64,000 bases of DNA from contig OZ024743.1 of the NCBI GenBank assembly GCA_964016885.1, positions 87,420,001-87,484,000 on the forward strand, read 5' to 3'. The stretch's first letter is position 1. Every line of letters begins with the position of its first letter. Positions 1 through 12,322 of the stretch are shown piece after piece. Source of the stretch: Eledone cirrhosa (Eukaryota). Under the pieces are notes generated by a model. The model was not told where the DNA came from. It did not search any database and saw only the letters and a program-made list of their open reading frames with translations. The translations under genes were made by a program, and so were the position numbers.

Positions 1-642
1 ATAGGCCACTTAAATACCGAAGCTACAACTTCACTTAACACCACATAAAAACTATATATCAATTTGCACCCTCACTAAATTAATACAACGAAAATGTTTA
101 TCAGTCAAGCAATAAATAAATCTCCGGTTTATTGCCAATGTGTCAGACCTACACCACACGCATTTACCTCCTAAATACTGACTCCAAGTACATTTTATTA
201 GTTATCTTTTCACTACCTTAACACTACATCTAATGTACCCTATAGCAGTTTTCACATGTCAATTTCATACATCTGTATCATATCAGTTCGTTTAATATGC
301 TAGATTCATAATTATACTCTATTTCTTACTTATATTGATGTTATTATTTTAACTATTCAGTATCTAGTTATTTTATTATTGATATTATTGTTCTGGTTTA
401 ATACCACTCCTCGATAAAAGCCATGCCTTGTGTATCTTCATCACTTTCGCACGCTCTGATGAAAACGACTGGTTATAAACAAAGTATTGGAGACCGATTG
501 ACGCAACACCAAGCGAGTAGCGAATTCTAGACCTACCAGATCAAAGAAACAATTGTCAGCAATGTGAATAAAGCCCTTATTGTATAACAAACCATGTCAC
601 TCTTATTTCTTGAAGTATATATATATATATATAGAGAGAGAG

Positions 643-747
<105 letters not shown>

Positions 748-775
748 TAGATAGATAGATAGATAGATACATACA

Positions 776-848
<73 letters not shown>

Positions 849-1194
849 TTACGGTAAACATGTTGACTATATATATATATATATATATATGTATATAGAC
901 ACAGACACATATATAAACAGCTTCATGGTTAAGGAAATCATGTTTTATTTCTTGTTTAACTCGATAACCCTGTTTGTCCTTCTCTGTGTTCATATATGTA
1001 ATAAATATCATTATAATAAAACAGATCACCAACGCCAGATTTTTACCACATCTCTGCCATTTTACTGAATATATTAACAACAATATCTGAATACATTACA
1101 GCTTCCTGTCTACTCGCTATCTAACAGGCATCAGTCAACTTACCGTATGATGACACAAAATATAGATGGAATAATATTATTTTACATTCAAACA

Positions 1195-1227
<33 letters not shown>

Positions 1228-1249
1228 GGGGGGGGGGGTATTTATATAT

Positions 1250-3947
1250 CTATAAAAAAGAGACACCACAAAGCCACAAAAACACCAATCACCAACACAA
1301 ACACACAACCAGCAACACAAACAACAACACAAACACCACCACAATAACCCCCCCCCTACCAGCAAAACAAATACCAACACCACTCCAAACAAAAATGTCC
1401 ATCATAAAAAGAAAACTACAAAATGAACAACTAACCAAAACAACGCAACAAAAAAACAAACAATACACATACATTAACACAAACGACAAAAACCTGATGG
1501 AGGTCATCTCTCAAGACTCCAAAGTAGAAACTGAGGGAAAAATCTTTGTCAAGTCAGACTCAGCACCACACCTCAAACTCATAAGGGTTTCGATGGAAAC
1601 CTACCAGTAACTAAAGGAACAATTTTCGCAGGACGTCGGAAACCCCTGCCAAAAACCCATAAACTGCGTCCTATTGAAACGTTTCCCCACCCCACCCAAC
1701 ACCCCCAACAACATCCAAATGGAGATTTAACAACCCAATCTCCAGGAAACGAAAAGGTAAGTGCATCTTTTCGTCCTTTTCGCCAACTCTTCTCCGCCAA
1801 CATGGCTGACTTACGAGTTGGGAGTGTGAATGTGCGCGGCCTAGGGATGCCCTGGAAACAGGGCCAACTTTTAAACGACCTTAGGTCACACGGTATGGAT
1901 GTGATAGCCATCACCGAGTCCAGGATCCACAACAAGCAGCAACTAACCCCCATCTTTAATGACTTTGAGATCTACGCATCTCTCTGTCAGCCAGGAGGTG
2001 GAGGGGGAGTATCTGTCATGTTTCGGAAAAACCTGGACCTCGAAATACAGCAAACACACTTGGACCCGGAGAGTAGACTGGTATTCCTAGAGGTGAACAG
2101 TATTGGAGGTGGAGCCTTCAGACTGGTGGCCATTTATGCCCCGACTGGGCAATCGCGGCCATATTTCTTTAAGCGTCTAGAGTCTTTTCAGGGAACGTCT
2201 CGCTTCTTGCTTTTAGTGGGGGACTGGAATGGTATCCTAGACGCACTTTGGGACTATGTAGGAACATGTCCCAGTAGAGGGAGGTGCAATAGCCTCAACA
2301 ATTTAATCGGCCAATTCCAGCTGGCCGATAGGTATCGACTAGATTTCCCGACTGCACCACAGTGGACGTGGACAAATTCAGCGGGAAATCTAGATCGTAT
2401 TTAGGTAGGTTCTTTATTAGAGAGAGAAAGAGGGAGAGAGAGAGAGAGAGGGGGGGGGAGAGGAAATGTTAAGCTGTCCACAAATGTACATGGTTGCCTA
2501 TTCAGACCACAAACTAGTCACTTGCATAGTCAACCATGATAGAACACGTAGACAAGGGCCCGGATACTGGAAGCTGAACATTTCGTTACCGAAGCGTAAA
2601 GTCTACAGGATAAGTAGATTAGTTAAGCAACAGTTCACGGGAGCCATCGTTAACAATAGATGGTGGTACTCTCTCAAGAGAGCAATTAGAGTAGTGTCGA
2701 TACCTTTTAGAAAAGTACTAGCCTTAGAGAAAAACAAGACAGAAAGAAAACTAGTATCCAAGGTAGAGGAGGCGCTTAGGAGTGGCAACGCAGCTAGAGT
2801 GCTAGCAACGAGGACGGCACTAGACCAGTTCTTCGATGCGAAACACGAAGGCTGCGTAGTCAGGAGTAGATCACGTGCTCTAGGAAACGAGGGAGCAAAA
2901 GCTGTTAGCTGGGCCCGAGTGGTAGAGGCGAAAAGTGGCAACAAGTCCACGATTCGGTCTTTGAAAGACCAAAACGGACGCGTGCTACTTGACTCCAAGC
3001 GGATGTGCACGGCCTTTCAGCGGCACTTTGCGCAACTGTTCGAGCAGAGCGGTGGTGCGCCGAACGGAGCAATGGACTTCGGTTCATATCTCGACAGCCT
3101 GCCCCGTCTTTCGAGCATGGACGCCGAGTTCTGCGAAAGACCGATCACAGCTACCGAGATACCAGTCTGTTCGGTAGAACTTTCCGCCCGGGACCTATGG
3201 AGAACTTCGAAAGGTCCCTGGCCTGACAGTGCTACCGAGGAGCTCTACCAGTTCGAGACAAGATCTACAGTCACGGACGCCCCGCCAGGGATCCTTCCAA
3301 GAGGACGTATCCAAGATGCGAGCAGGACATTGAAACTGTCCTGCACGCAATTATACACTGCCCGGGCGTAACCGACCTGTGGAATTACGCAGAACAACTG
3401 CTGTCGCGTATGGGACAAATCCAGTTGACTACCGAGTCCATAGTAAGGATCAAACTGCCAACTTCTTTCAAAAACGAAAGAGAGGCGGTTTTCCTCTGCA
3501 TAGTGGCTATGGCAAAATAGGTTATATGGTGGACGAGATTGAGAGGACTGAGGACAGATGCCTTTCTCTCCGGACAACACTCATTCCATTCTTTAGGTAC
3601 CACTTTAGAAGGAGAATCAGAGTGGAGAGAGAGGTACTACACCCCAGTAAATTTACTGAAAGGTGGGTGAATGTAGCAAAAATGGCCCGAGTGATTGGGC
3701 CTTCTCTGTATATAAACCTGTAGGTTGAAGAAGAGAGCAAAGGGAAGAAATGAGCACACGCTCCTGAAGTTGAGGGTTGTTCTAACGACGGGGTATTAAA
3801 CAACCCATTTGTAACTCCCCCCCCCCCCCCCCCCCCTATTGGGGATTTCGATTGTTAAATTTGTTTATTTTAATAATATTTTTACACGACTGTATGTAAA
3901 ATCCCCGGCATGTGTCTTTGAATTGTACCCTCGTAGCAAATAAAGAA

Positions 3948-3950
<3 letters not shown>
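1250..3950 (+). mobile_element. Tx1/L1-clade LINE copy A, decayed, RT core deleted
   Basis: ORF 1802-2404 has APE endonuclease motifs (SVNVRGL, AITES, LVAIYAP, LVGDWN), followed by YSDHK and GPGYWKLN at 2466+. The sequence jumps from PITATEI (~3160) to the C-terminal region with no RT. The 3' UTR ends AATAAAGAAA plus a (TCTA)n tail. Confidence 0.9.

Positions 3951-4022
<72 letters not shown>
3949..4022 (+). repeat. (TCTA)n tail of Tx1 copy A and junction with copy B
   Basis: Perfect TCTA array immediately after AATAAAGAAA. Confidence 0.9.
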
Positions 4023-7000
4023 AGTAGAAAAATCCTCCAGAGATATATTTAGTGGGACTAGCGTCGAAATTCTGGTGCAGATGAGCCCAGAACGTATAGC
4101 GAAAATCCCACAAAGAGTACCTCTGGATGGACAGACCTACATAAACATTTCGGTTGAGGGTAGGCGGCTCGCAGGTTAACACTGCGCAAGCAGAGGTCAC
4201 CTAAGGGCTGCCTGTCCTCAATTGACAAAAAGAAAACCACTTTTGCCGACACCACAAATAACAACACAACCACCACCACCGCCACCACAACAACAAAAAC
4301 AACAAGAAAAAACAACACAGAACACTATCCCACCCAGCCCCTCCGCACCCAAAACAAATACAAAAACACACACAGACACTACAAAACCCCAAAACATGCC
4401 CCTACCCATAACACGGATGAGGAACCCCTATCGACGGCACCCAGCGGCGATGGGGAGAAACCCTTCCAACCCGGGAAAAGAAAAAAAAAGAAAGCACCGC
4501 ATGACAAAAACGAAACAAATACACAAACACCAGCACAAACAGCACAAAAATCACAAACAAAAGTTCCTCCTCCCGAAAACAAAACACCCACAACAAAGAG
4601 AAAACACACGCAGGAACCACAGACAAAAACAAACACAACGCAGGAAAAGTACACATACTTACATAAACGAAGAAAATAGAACACTGATGGAGACCATTAA
4701 AAACAACCCTTTGGTCAAAACCGAAGGGAAAACTTTGGATAGCTCCAACAAAAACCAAAAAACGAACCTAAAACTGATCAGGGTCCCTATAGGAACTTAT
4801 AGGTCCCTAAAAGAAACATTTGAAGAGGACGTGGGGAATTCCTGCGTGAAACCAATCAACCGCGTCCTCTTCAAAGGTCTCCCCACCACAGGCACCCCCA
4901 CCCCAGTCACCCCCATCCCACCAGACACCCTCTCCCCAGCAAACACCTCCGTCCCCACCAGAAACCACCACCCCACCAAACATACCCTCCAACACCCCCA
5001 TGGAAATTCTGCAGCCTGGTCCTCAGGAGACGAAGAGGTGAGTGATTTCTTTTCCTCTTCTTTTAACTTTTCAGCACCAACATGGCCAATATAAGAGTTG
5101 GATGTGTGAATGTACGCGGCCTGGGGATGCCCTGGAAACAGGGCAAACTCTTAAACGATCTCAGGTCGCACAGTATGGATGCAGTAGTCATTTGCGAGTC
5201 CAGGGTCCACAGCGAGCGACAACTGGCCCCCATCTTCGACGACTTTGAGATCTACGCATCTCTCTGCCAGCTGGGAGGTGGGGGTGGGGTTGCCGTTTTG
5301 CTGCGGAAACACCTGGACCTCGTAACACAGACGATACATCTCACCCGGAGGGTCGACTGGTGGTCCTAGACGTTGACAGTAGTGAAGGTGAAGCCTTCAG
5401 GTTGGTGGCCGCATATGCCCCATCCGGGACACCACGGCCAGACTTCTTCAAACGTCTAGAGACTTTTCTGGGAACGTCCCGCTCCTTGCTTTTAGTGGGG
5501 GACTGGAATGGAATTCTAGATGCACGTTGGGACTATGTAGGAGCATGTCCTGATAAAGGGGGGGGGGGGGGGGGGGGTGTAACAGCCTCAAACAGTTAAT
5601 CGGCTGATTTGACCTGGCCGATAGATATCGACTAGATTTTCCGACTGTGCCACTGTGGACGTGGACTAATCGTAACGGAACATCTAGATCGTACCTAGAT
5701 AGGGTTCTAGTTAGAAAGAAGGATAGGGACATGTTAAGCTGTCCACAAATGTTCATGGTTGCCTATTCAGATCACAAATTAGTGACCTGCTTAGTCAACC
5801 TTGACAAAACCCATAGACAGGGACCCGGCTACTGGAAGCTGAACTGGAAGCTGACATGCAAAGCCTACAGTAGACGGATTAGCACTTTAGTTAAGCAGCA
5901 CTTGACGGAGGCCATTGTCAACAAAAGATGGTGGTACTCTCTCAAGAGGGAAAGGTTTTAGTAAAGAATGAGTGTTAGATAGAAATAGGACGGAAAAGGA
6001 ACTGGTAGATAAAGGCACTTAGGAGAACGTAGCTAGCGTGCTAGCGACGAGAACGGCCTTGGATCAGTTCTTCGAGGGAGCCAAAGCTGTTTGCTGGGCC
6101 CGAGTGACGGAGGCGAAAAGTGGCAACAAGTCCACGATTCGGTCTTTGAAGGACCAAGACAGACGCGTGATACGTGAGTCGAAGCAGATGTGCGCGGCCT
6201 TTCAGCGGCTCTTTGCTCAACTGTTCGGGCAGGGTGGCCCGCCGGGAGGGGCTATGGATTTCGGTCCATACCTCGACGGCCTACCGCGACTCTCGGACAG
6301 CGAGGCGAAGTTTTGCGAAAGGCCGATTTCGGCCGCTGAGATAGGGGACGCGCTGAGCCAATGCGGCAAACGCAAATCTCCAGGTCTCGACGGTCTACTC
6401 TACGAATTTTACGTAGCAATGCCAGACTTATTCTCCGGTCTCCTGGAAGCGGTCTACTGCAACTAGCAGCAGAACGGGAGAATTCCCAGTTCTGTGACCA
6501 AGGGCGTAGTCACGTTAGTCAGGAAGGACGAGAATAAGGGGATGACATAGGCAACTTCCGGCCCATAACTCTGCTAAACACAGAGTTACAGATTTTGGCC
6601 AAGGTGTTGGCAAAGAGGCTGACGCTTGTCGAAACCTGGTGGGAGAAGCGCAGACATGCGCAATCCCGATCAGGTCCATACACGACAACCTCCACCTCAT
6701 TCGATTCATCATAGAGAGGGTAGGGTGTAAACCCGGCTTCGGTGGGGGCCCTGATCAACTTGGATCAGTCTAAGGCATTCGATAGGGTTGACCATCGTTA
6801 CTTGGATGCGGTGCTCGAGGCGGCAGGCTTCGGACCCGTGTTCAGGGACTGGATTGCTGCAATGCACAGCAGCAACATCTGCTCAGGGGTCAAGGTGAAC
6901 GGCTACCTCTCAGAACCGTTCCATATCACGCGATCCATCCGACAGGGATGCTTTCTCTCCTCCTTTCTGTACGTACTGACTCTCGAGTCACTACTGCGGA

Positions 7001-8666
7001 AGTTAGAGCTATTGCAGGGCATCCCTCTGGAACCGGGACTGCGAAAAGCGGCGTCGGTCTACGCCGACGACGTGACAGTAATGGTGTCGAGCAGCTCGCA
7101 AATCGGGGAGGTCGGCACCTTACTGGAGGAATACGAAAGGTTCACAGGAGCGAAGCTGCACCGGGACAAATCCGTTGGTTTGCAACTCGGAACGTGGAGA
7201 GGCAAACCGATGCCTTCCGATGGCGTCGTCGGACGCTGGACGGAAGGACCGGTAAAGCTGCTCGGGGTCTGGTTTGGTCCGGACCTCCAGGTGGAGAAGA
7301 ACTGGAACGAGGTGACGGCCAAGGTGTTTGTGCTCACCCAGAAGTGGGCCGAGTGCAAACTATCCTTGAAAGGTCGAGCGGAGGTGGCGAACACTTTTAT
7401 AGCGTCCGTCATCTACTACCGCTTGACCGTCGTGCCTTGTCCAGCCAAAACGCTCGCCAAAATGGAGCGCGCTCTCTTCTAATTCCTTTGGAAGAAGCGG
7501 GCTCCTTTGGTGAGAAGATCCATCTGCTACGGTATTCCCAACCCTTCAAACGGAGGGTTGGGAATGCCGTGGCTGACGATTCGCAAACACGCGCTTGGGC
7601 TGCGGCACCTCCACGTATACCCCACCGGACAACCGGTGTGGGCCCCGTTCGTGAGGCGAGCCTTCCCACGACTCGTCTCGCTGACCGAGCTGCAGTCCTG
7701 GGTCAAGCAAAGACCGAGGAAAATGGACGACTGGCACATCGAACGTGCTCAGGCGCTCACAGTCCTCTGGCAAACGGACCCGGCTATCAGTGGAGACTCC
7801 ACTTCGACATTCTATAGTGGGTTGGTCTGCAGCAAGTACGACGACGCACTCGGAGAAACTCTAGGCGTAGAGGAAGACGAACTGGCCAGTCTGTTCGGTA
7901 TAACCTTCCGCCCGGGCAGTGCTACCGAGGAGCTCTACCAGTTCGAGACAAGCTCTACAGGCACGGGCGCCCGGGAAGGGACCCCTCGAAAAAGATCTGT
8001 CCGAGATGCGTGCGCGACGAGGAAACTGTCGCGCATGCATTTGTACACTGCCCGGGCGTTACCGACCTGTGGGGATATGTAGAACGACTATTGTCGCGGG
8101 TGGGACCAATTCAGTTGACCACCGAGTCCATTGTCATGATCAAACCGCCACCCTCCTTCAAAAATGAGGGAGAGGCGGTTTTCCTATGTCTTATGGCTAT
8201 GGTGAAAGAAGTTATATGGTGGACGAGGTTAAAAGGGCTGAGGTCAGACACCTTTCTCTCCGGCGAACAACTGATTCGTTTTTTCAAATATCATTTTGGA
8301 AGAAGAATCAGGATGGAGAGAGAGGTGCTGTACCCCAGCAAATTTTATAAAAGGTGGGTGAATGTGGCAAAGATGGCCCGAGTGGTTGGGCCTTCTCTCT
8401 ATATAAGCCTGTCGGTTGAGGAAAAAGAGGAAGAGAGGAGGGGAGTACTCACTCTTGGTGCTCCTGGGGATGAGGGTTGTACATTTTTTCGGTGTGTGTA
8501 CAACCCCTGTGTAACACCTCCCCCCTATTGAGGATTTCAATTGTTATTTATTATTTTATTAATACTTTTATTTTCATATACCTGTATGTAAACTTCCCAT
8601 TTGTATTTGTCCCCTTCTTTTGTGCCCTTGTGGCTAATAAAGAAATTTATCTATCTATCTATCTAT
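4023..8666 (+). mobile_element. Tx1/L1-clade LINE copy B, near full length, frameshifted
   Basis: ORF1 4222-5094. APE (CVNVRGL, LVGDWN, YLDR, YSDHK), RT (KSPGLDG, DQSKAFDRV, RQGC, YADD) and C-terminal ETVAHAFVHC knuckle remnant. The 3' UTR ends AATAAAGAAA plus (CTAT)n. Confidence 0.92.
4222..5094 (+). pseudogene. ORF1 of Tx1 copy B (K/Q/T-rich, no CCHC knuckle seen)
   Basis: Shares the block YIN..N..LME.I.....V.TEGK...LKLIRV...TY with copy A (ORF 1209-1610) and overlaps the ORF2 start at 5082. Confidence 0.7.
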
Positions 8667-8857
8667 TTCTCCATATATAAAGAAATATATCTACCCAAAT
8701 AAAGAAATATATATATATTTGTTGGGAATGGGGTTGGTGAATGAAATTCAAATATGTTAGAAAGAATATAAATGTTACATCACATATTATCTATTTAACA
8801 TATTGTTTGAATGTAAAATAATATTATTCCATCTAACATTTCCTTAACTATGAAGCT

Positions 8858-8927
<70 letters not shown>

Positions 8928-9506
8928 AACATGTTTAGCGGAAATTTTTATATATTTATATGTGTCTATGTGTGAGTGTATACACATGTATACATATAAA
9001 GATAGATAGCTAATATATATATATGTGTGTGTATGTGTATATATACACACACATATATAATGCATGTATACAGATTTATTCATGCACAAATAGGAAATCT
9101 GGAGCAACCACCTATATATATCAGATAGGGTGTGGTAAAAACCAGTTAACCTTAACCCACCAGATTACTTGATACTTGGTACTTGGGATAGTAGAGTGGG
9201 TAATATGAAAAGATTCAGGACTCCGGCGGCTGAGCTTCGGATGTCGAAACGGGCGGAGCTCAGCCGTTGGGGTCCTGAATCTTTTCACATATATATATAA
9301 GATAACAAGATATCGTTTAAGGTAATCCAATACTTTAAATAAATCCCATTGTACAGTCGACCACGTTATTCTTCACCACAGACCCTCCATCTCAACTCAC
9401 CTTTTGAAAAGCAGAAGAACTGCGAAACCGGTAAAGGAACCAAATAAATATATATATTTTTAAAAAAAATAAGACTTCAGTTGCATTTTCGATTTCATCT
9501 CTTTTT

Positions 9507-9542
<36 letters not shown>

Positions 9543-9859
9543 GAATAATCGAGAATCGGAGTATCAGCCCACGAAATCATGATAAACAATATCCGATATA
9601 TGTGGCAGAGGGCTCAATAATTTGGAAAAATCAGAGCTATAACTATCGTTAAAATACCAACACATAGAGGTCATGCCTAAAATCACCCATGCAGCCGAAA
9701 ATAAACGACCAGGAAGATTCGGGTCACTCAAATAAAATATCAATAAATTAATAAATTAAATGAATATATATATATATATTTATATATCATAAAACATGTC
9801 TATAGAATCACCAGATAAAATATATACCGTTTCATCTCCCAATTAGCATAATTAACCAT

Positions 9860-10624
9860 ATAAAAAATCAATTAGACCAAGCTATAAGAATAAAGGCTCC
9901 TATGAAGAAATCTCCGACAAATAACCGAAAGCAGCTCTTTGCGGCGGTTGCGACGGAGTATTTATCGAGTATTTCGACAGCGTGTATAAATCGACCAAAT
10001 ATACAGTCAACTAAACAGAATTAGGTGTAAAATAAACTAGAAGAAAAGTGAACATATTTAGTTACCTCTACCATGGTTTCGTCCGCATTTTAAGATATCC
10101 GATAACATATATATATAGGAGGAAGTTATAGTTCACTTGAAGCATTGTGTAATGAGGTATAAGCGTTTGTATATGTATAATAAAACCAACACAATGCAGG
10201 TATGGACATAGAATAAAGAATGCAAATGCAAAAGATATTGTTGACAATTGGTCTTTTACCTTAGATTTATTTAAATGTCCTTAATTTTCGAGATAATATC
10301 TTTTCTTCGGAGGGAAGTAAAGCGGTTAAACCAGTGTTCTAAATAGCTTGCCAAGTCATGCTGACAGGAAATGGTATAGAGTATCTGTTCTATCTCTAAT
10401 ATCAAAGAGTTAAGGTTAGGTGGATAAAGAGTAGTCTCCCTTTAAAATGTTTTTTTTTGTACATGCCTGTTTAAGTGTGTGGGAGAATGCGTGAAGGTGT
10501 AAGTATGTGTGTGAGTGTGAGAAGATATGTCTATACGTAAATGTGGGGGATAGATGTTATCTCGTGTTAGAACTGGTCTTTGTGTGTGTATGTGTGTGTG
10601 TGAGAGAGAATAAGTGGAGGTGTA

Positions 10625-10666
<42 letters not shown>

Positions 10667-11597
10667 TGTGTGTGTGTGTGTGCGTGTGTGTGGGAGGGAG
10701 GGGTGTAAATATGGGGTTAGATGCTCTATCAAGTTATAAATCGGGTGTTGAGTTCTAGTCTATTATTGATTGGTGGTTGTGTTTTGTCTATAATTAGTGC
10801 TTCCTTAATTCTAAGATTGCCGAGGTTTCTTCCCTTAGTTTCTATCCTAACTGTTATGGTTTTGTCGGTGTTTTTGCATTTAACTAGGTGTTTCTTAAAT
10901 GAGGAAGCGTTAGTATTGAGGTGTTCTTTTATTCTTATGTGGAGTGGTCTGGTGGTGCTACCTACGTAGAAGTTGCTGCATTTGTCGCACTCTAGACTGT
11001 ATACGACGTTAGCCTGGTGGCATAGGTCTGTGTCGTTGATGGGGCAGTTGGCTAGCCTGCAGCGGTTGTCATGTCTGGTGGAGTGTCTTTTGGTTAGCTG
11101 CCCGCGTAGAGAAGGACCTGAGTGGGCTAGTTGGATATCTAGTCCCTCTCGTCTGATAGCTCTGCGGATGGCTGTTGTTGTTTCGTCACTGAAGCGTGGG
11201 AGCTTCAGGATGCAAGTGTTAGTGCCTCGGGTGTGGTGTCCTCTGTTCTTTCTCGCACGGTTTGTGGTGGATGTCGTGTATCCGTTCAGTTTGAGTACTT
11301 CCAGGAAATGTGTGGTGTATGTGTCTCGGTCTCTAGCGTCGGTGCATTTGTTCCGGATACGTGTTAGTTCATTCCTTATGTATCCGAACTTAGCGCCGGC
11401 TGGGAGGGCCGATCTGAAATGTACGAATAGGTCCCTAAAATATACACAACATTCTCCAGCATGGACGCCAGTATAAAGTTCAGCATGGAACACCCCGATG
11501 ACCACGGATCCCTATCCCTACTGGACTTCCAACTCATGGTAACAGAGGAAGGCAACATCCACACCTTCTATAAAAAAGCCGCCAGCAGGCAAACGTT
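9860..11597 (-). mobile_element. Penelope-like element, 3' part with GIY-YIG endonuclease and inverted 5' piece
   Basis: ORF 10729-11505 contains RT thumb VHFRSALP..IRNEL, CxxxxC, NVVYSLECDKCSNFYVGSTTRPLHIRIKEH and EALII..QPPIN. The + strand 11430-11597 encodes the upstream SIKFSMEH..LSLLDF. Confidence 0.88.
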
Positions 11598-11616
11598 TAT
11601 ATATATATATATATAC

Positions 11617-12322
11617 ATATATATAAAACTGAAGTTGCCTGTGTGTGTGTGTGTCCTAATTTTGGCAAAGTCTATACAAATCCCCATTTCTACTCCGATT
11701 GACTTCAAACTTACATATCCCTCGCGGTCTAAAGATATTAACTGCAGCTTTTATTTTTCAATTTTCTGTTGTTAAAGGCGTTTTTTCACTAAAACTTTAA
11801 GCCCTTTTTGTCAGTTAGTTCGGCAATTTTGTCTACAATGTTCAAGAGAGACAAGTATTTTGAAAGAGTTACCTCTCTTTATAGACTATATTATCCCTAC
11901 TTAAACGTACATCCCTTGAAATTGTTGATGGTGACCCCAATAGTAATTCCGCAGAGTTCGGCATCCGATATAACAGTTCGGTCTATATCAGATTGGGTAG
12001 ATTTTTGTAACCTTAAAAGTATCCAAATTCCTTCATGCTCTCCACCACTACAGTCCCACATGCTTACTGCCCTGTAACTATTGCTTCTATTGTACCATAG
12101 CACAACAAATACATGTTCGGTTTGTCGCATGCCTTTTTACTTAACCCTATGATCTTAAGTTAAACCCCTGGTAATCTACGACGAATTTCTTTTATAAGCA
12201 CAATATGTAGACATCATCCCCAGGCCGAGGTATTACGTACTTCTCTGTACTGTTTCAGAAAGGAGGGATGAACATGCCAATCTATGTTTAGAAGCCCGAG
12301 CAACGTCGGGCCAGTCTGCTAG
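11617..12322 (+). mobile_element. Non-autonomous Helitron-like element with antisense helicase remnant
   Basis: Starts TATATAAAA..(GT)n and ends with hairpin CCCGAGCAACGTCGGG..CTAG. The - strand remnant VTINNFKGCTFK resembles the PIF1 motif TINKSQGQT. Confidence 0.7.

Noticed and set aside
1-600. Possible Penelope 3' end with a CTGATGA motif at ~456
   Set aside because: Too degenerate: the GAAA core and stem III cannot be assigned.
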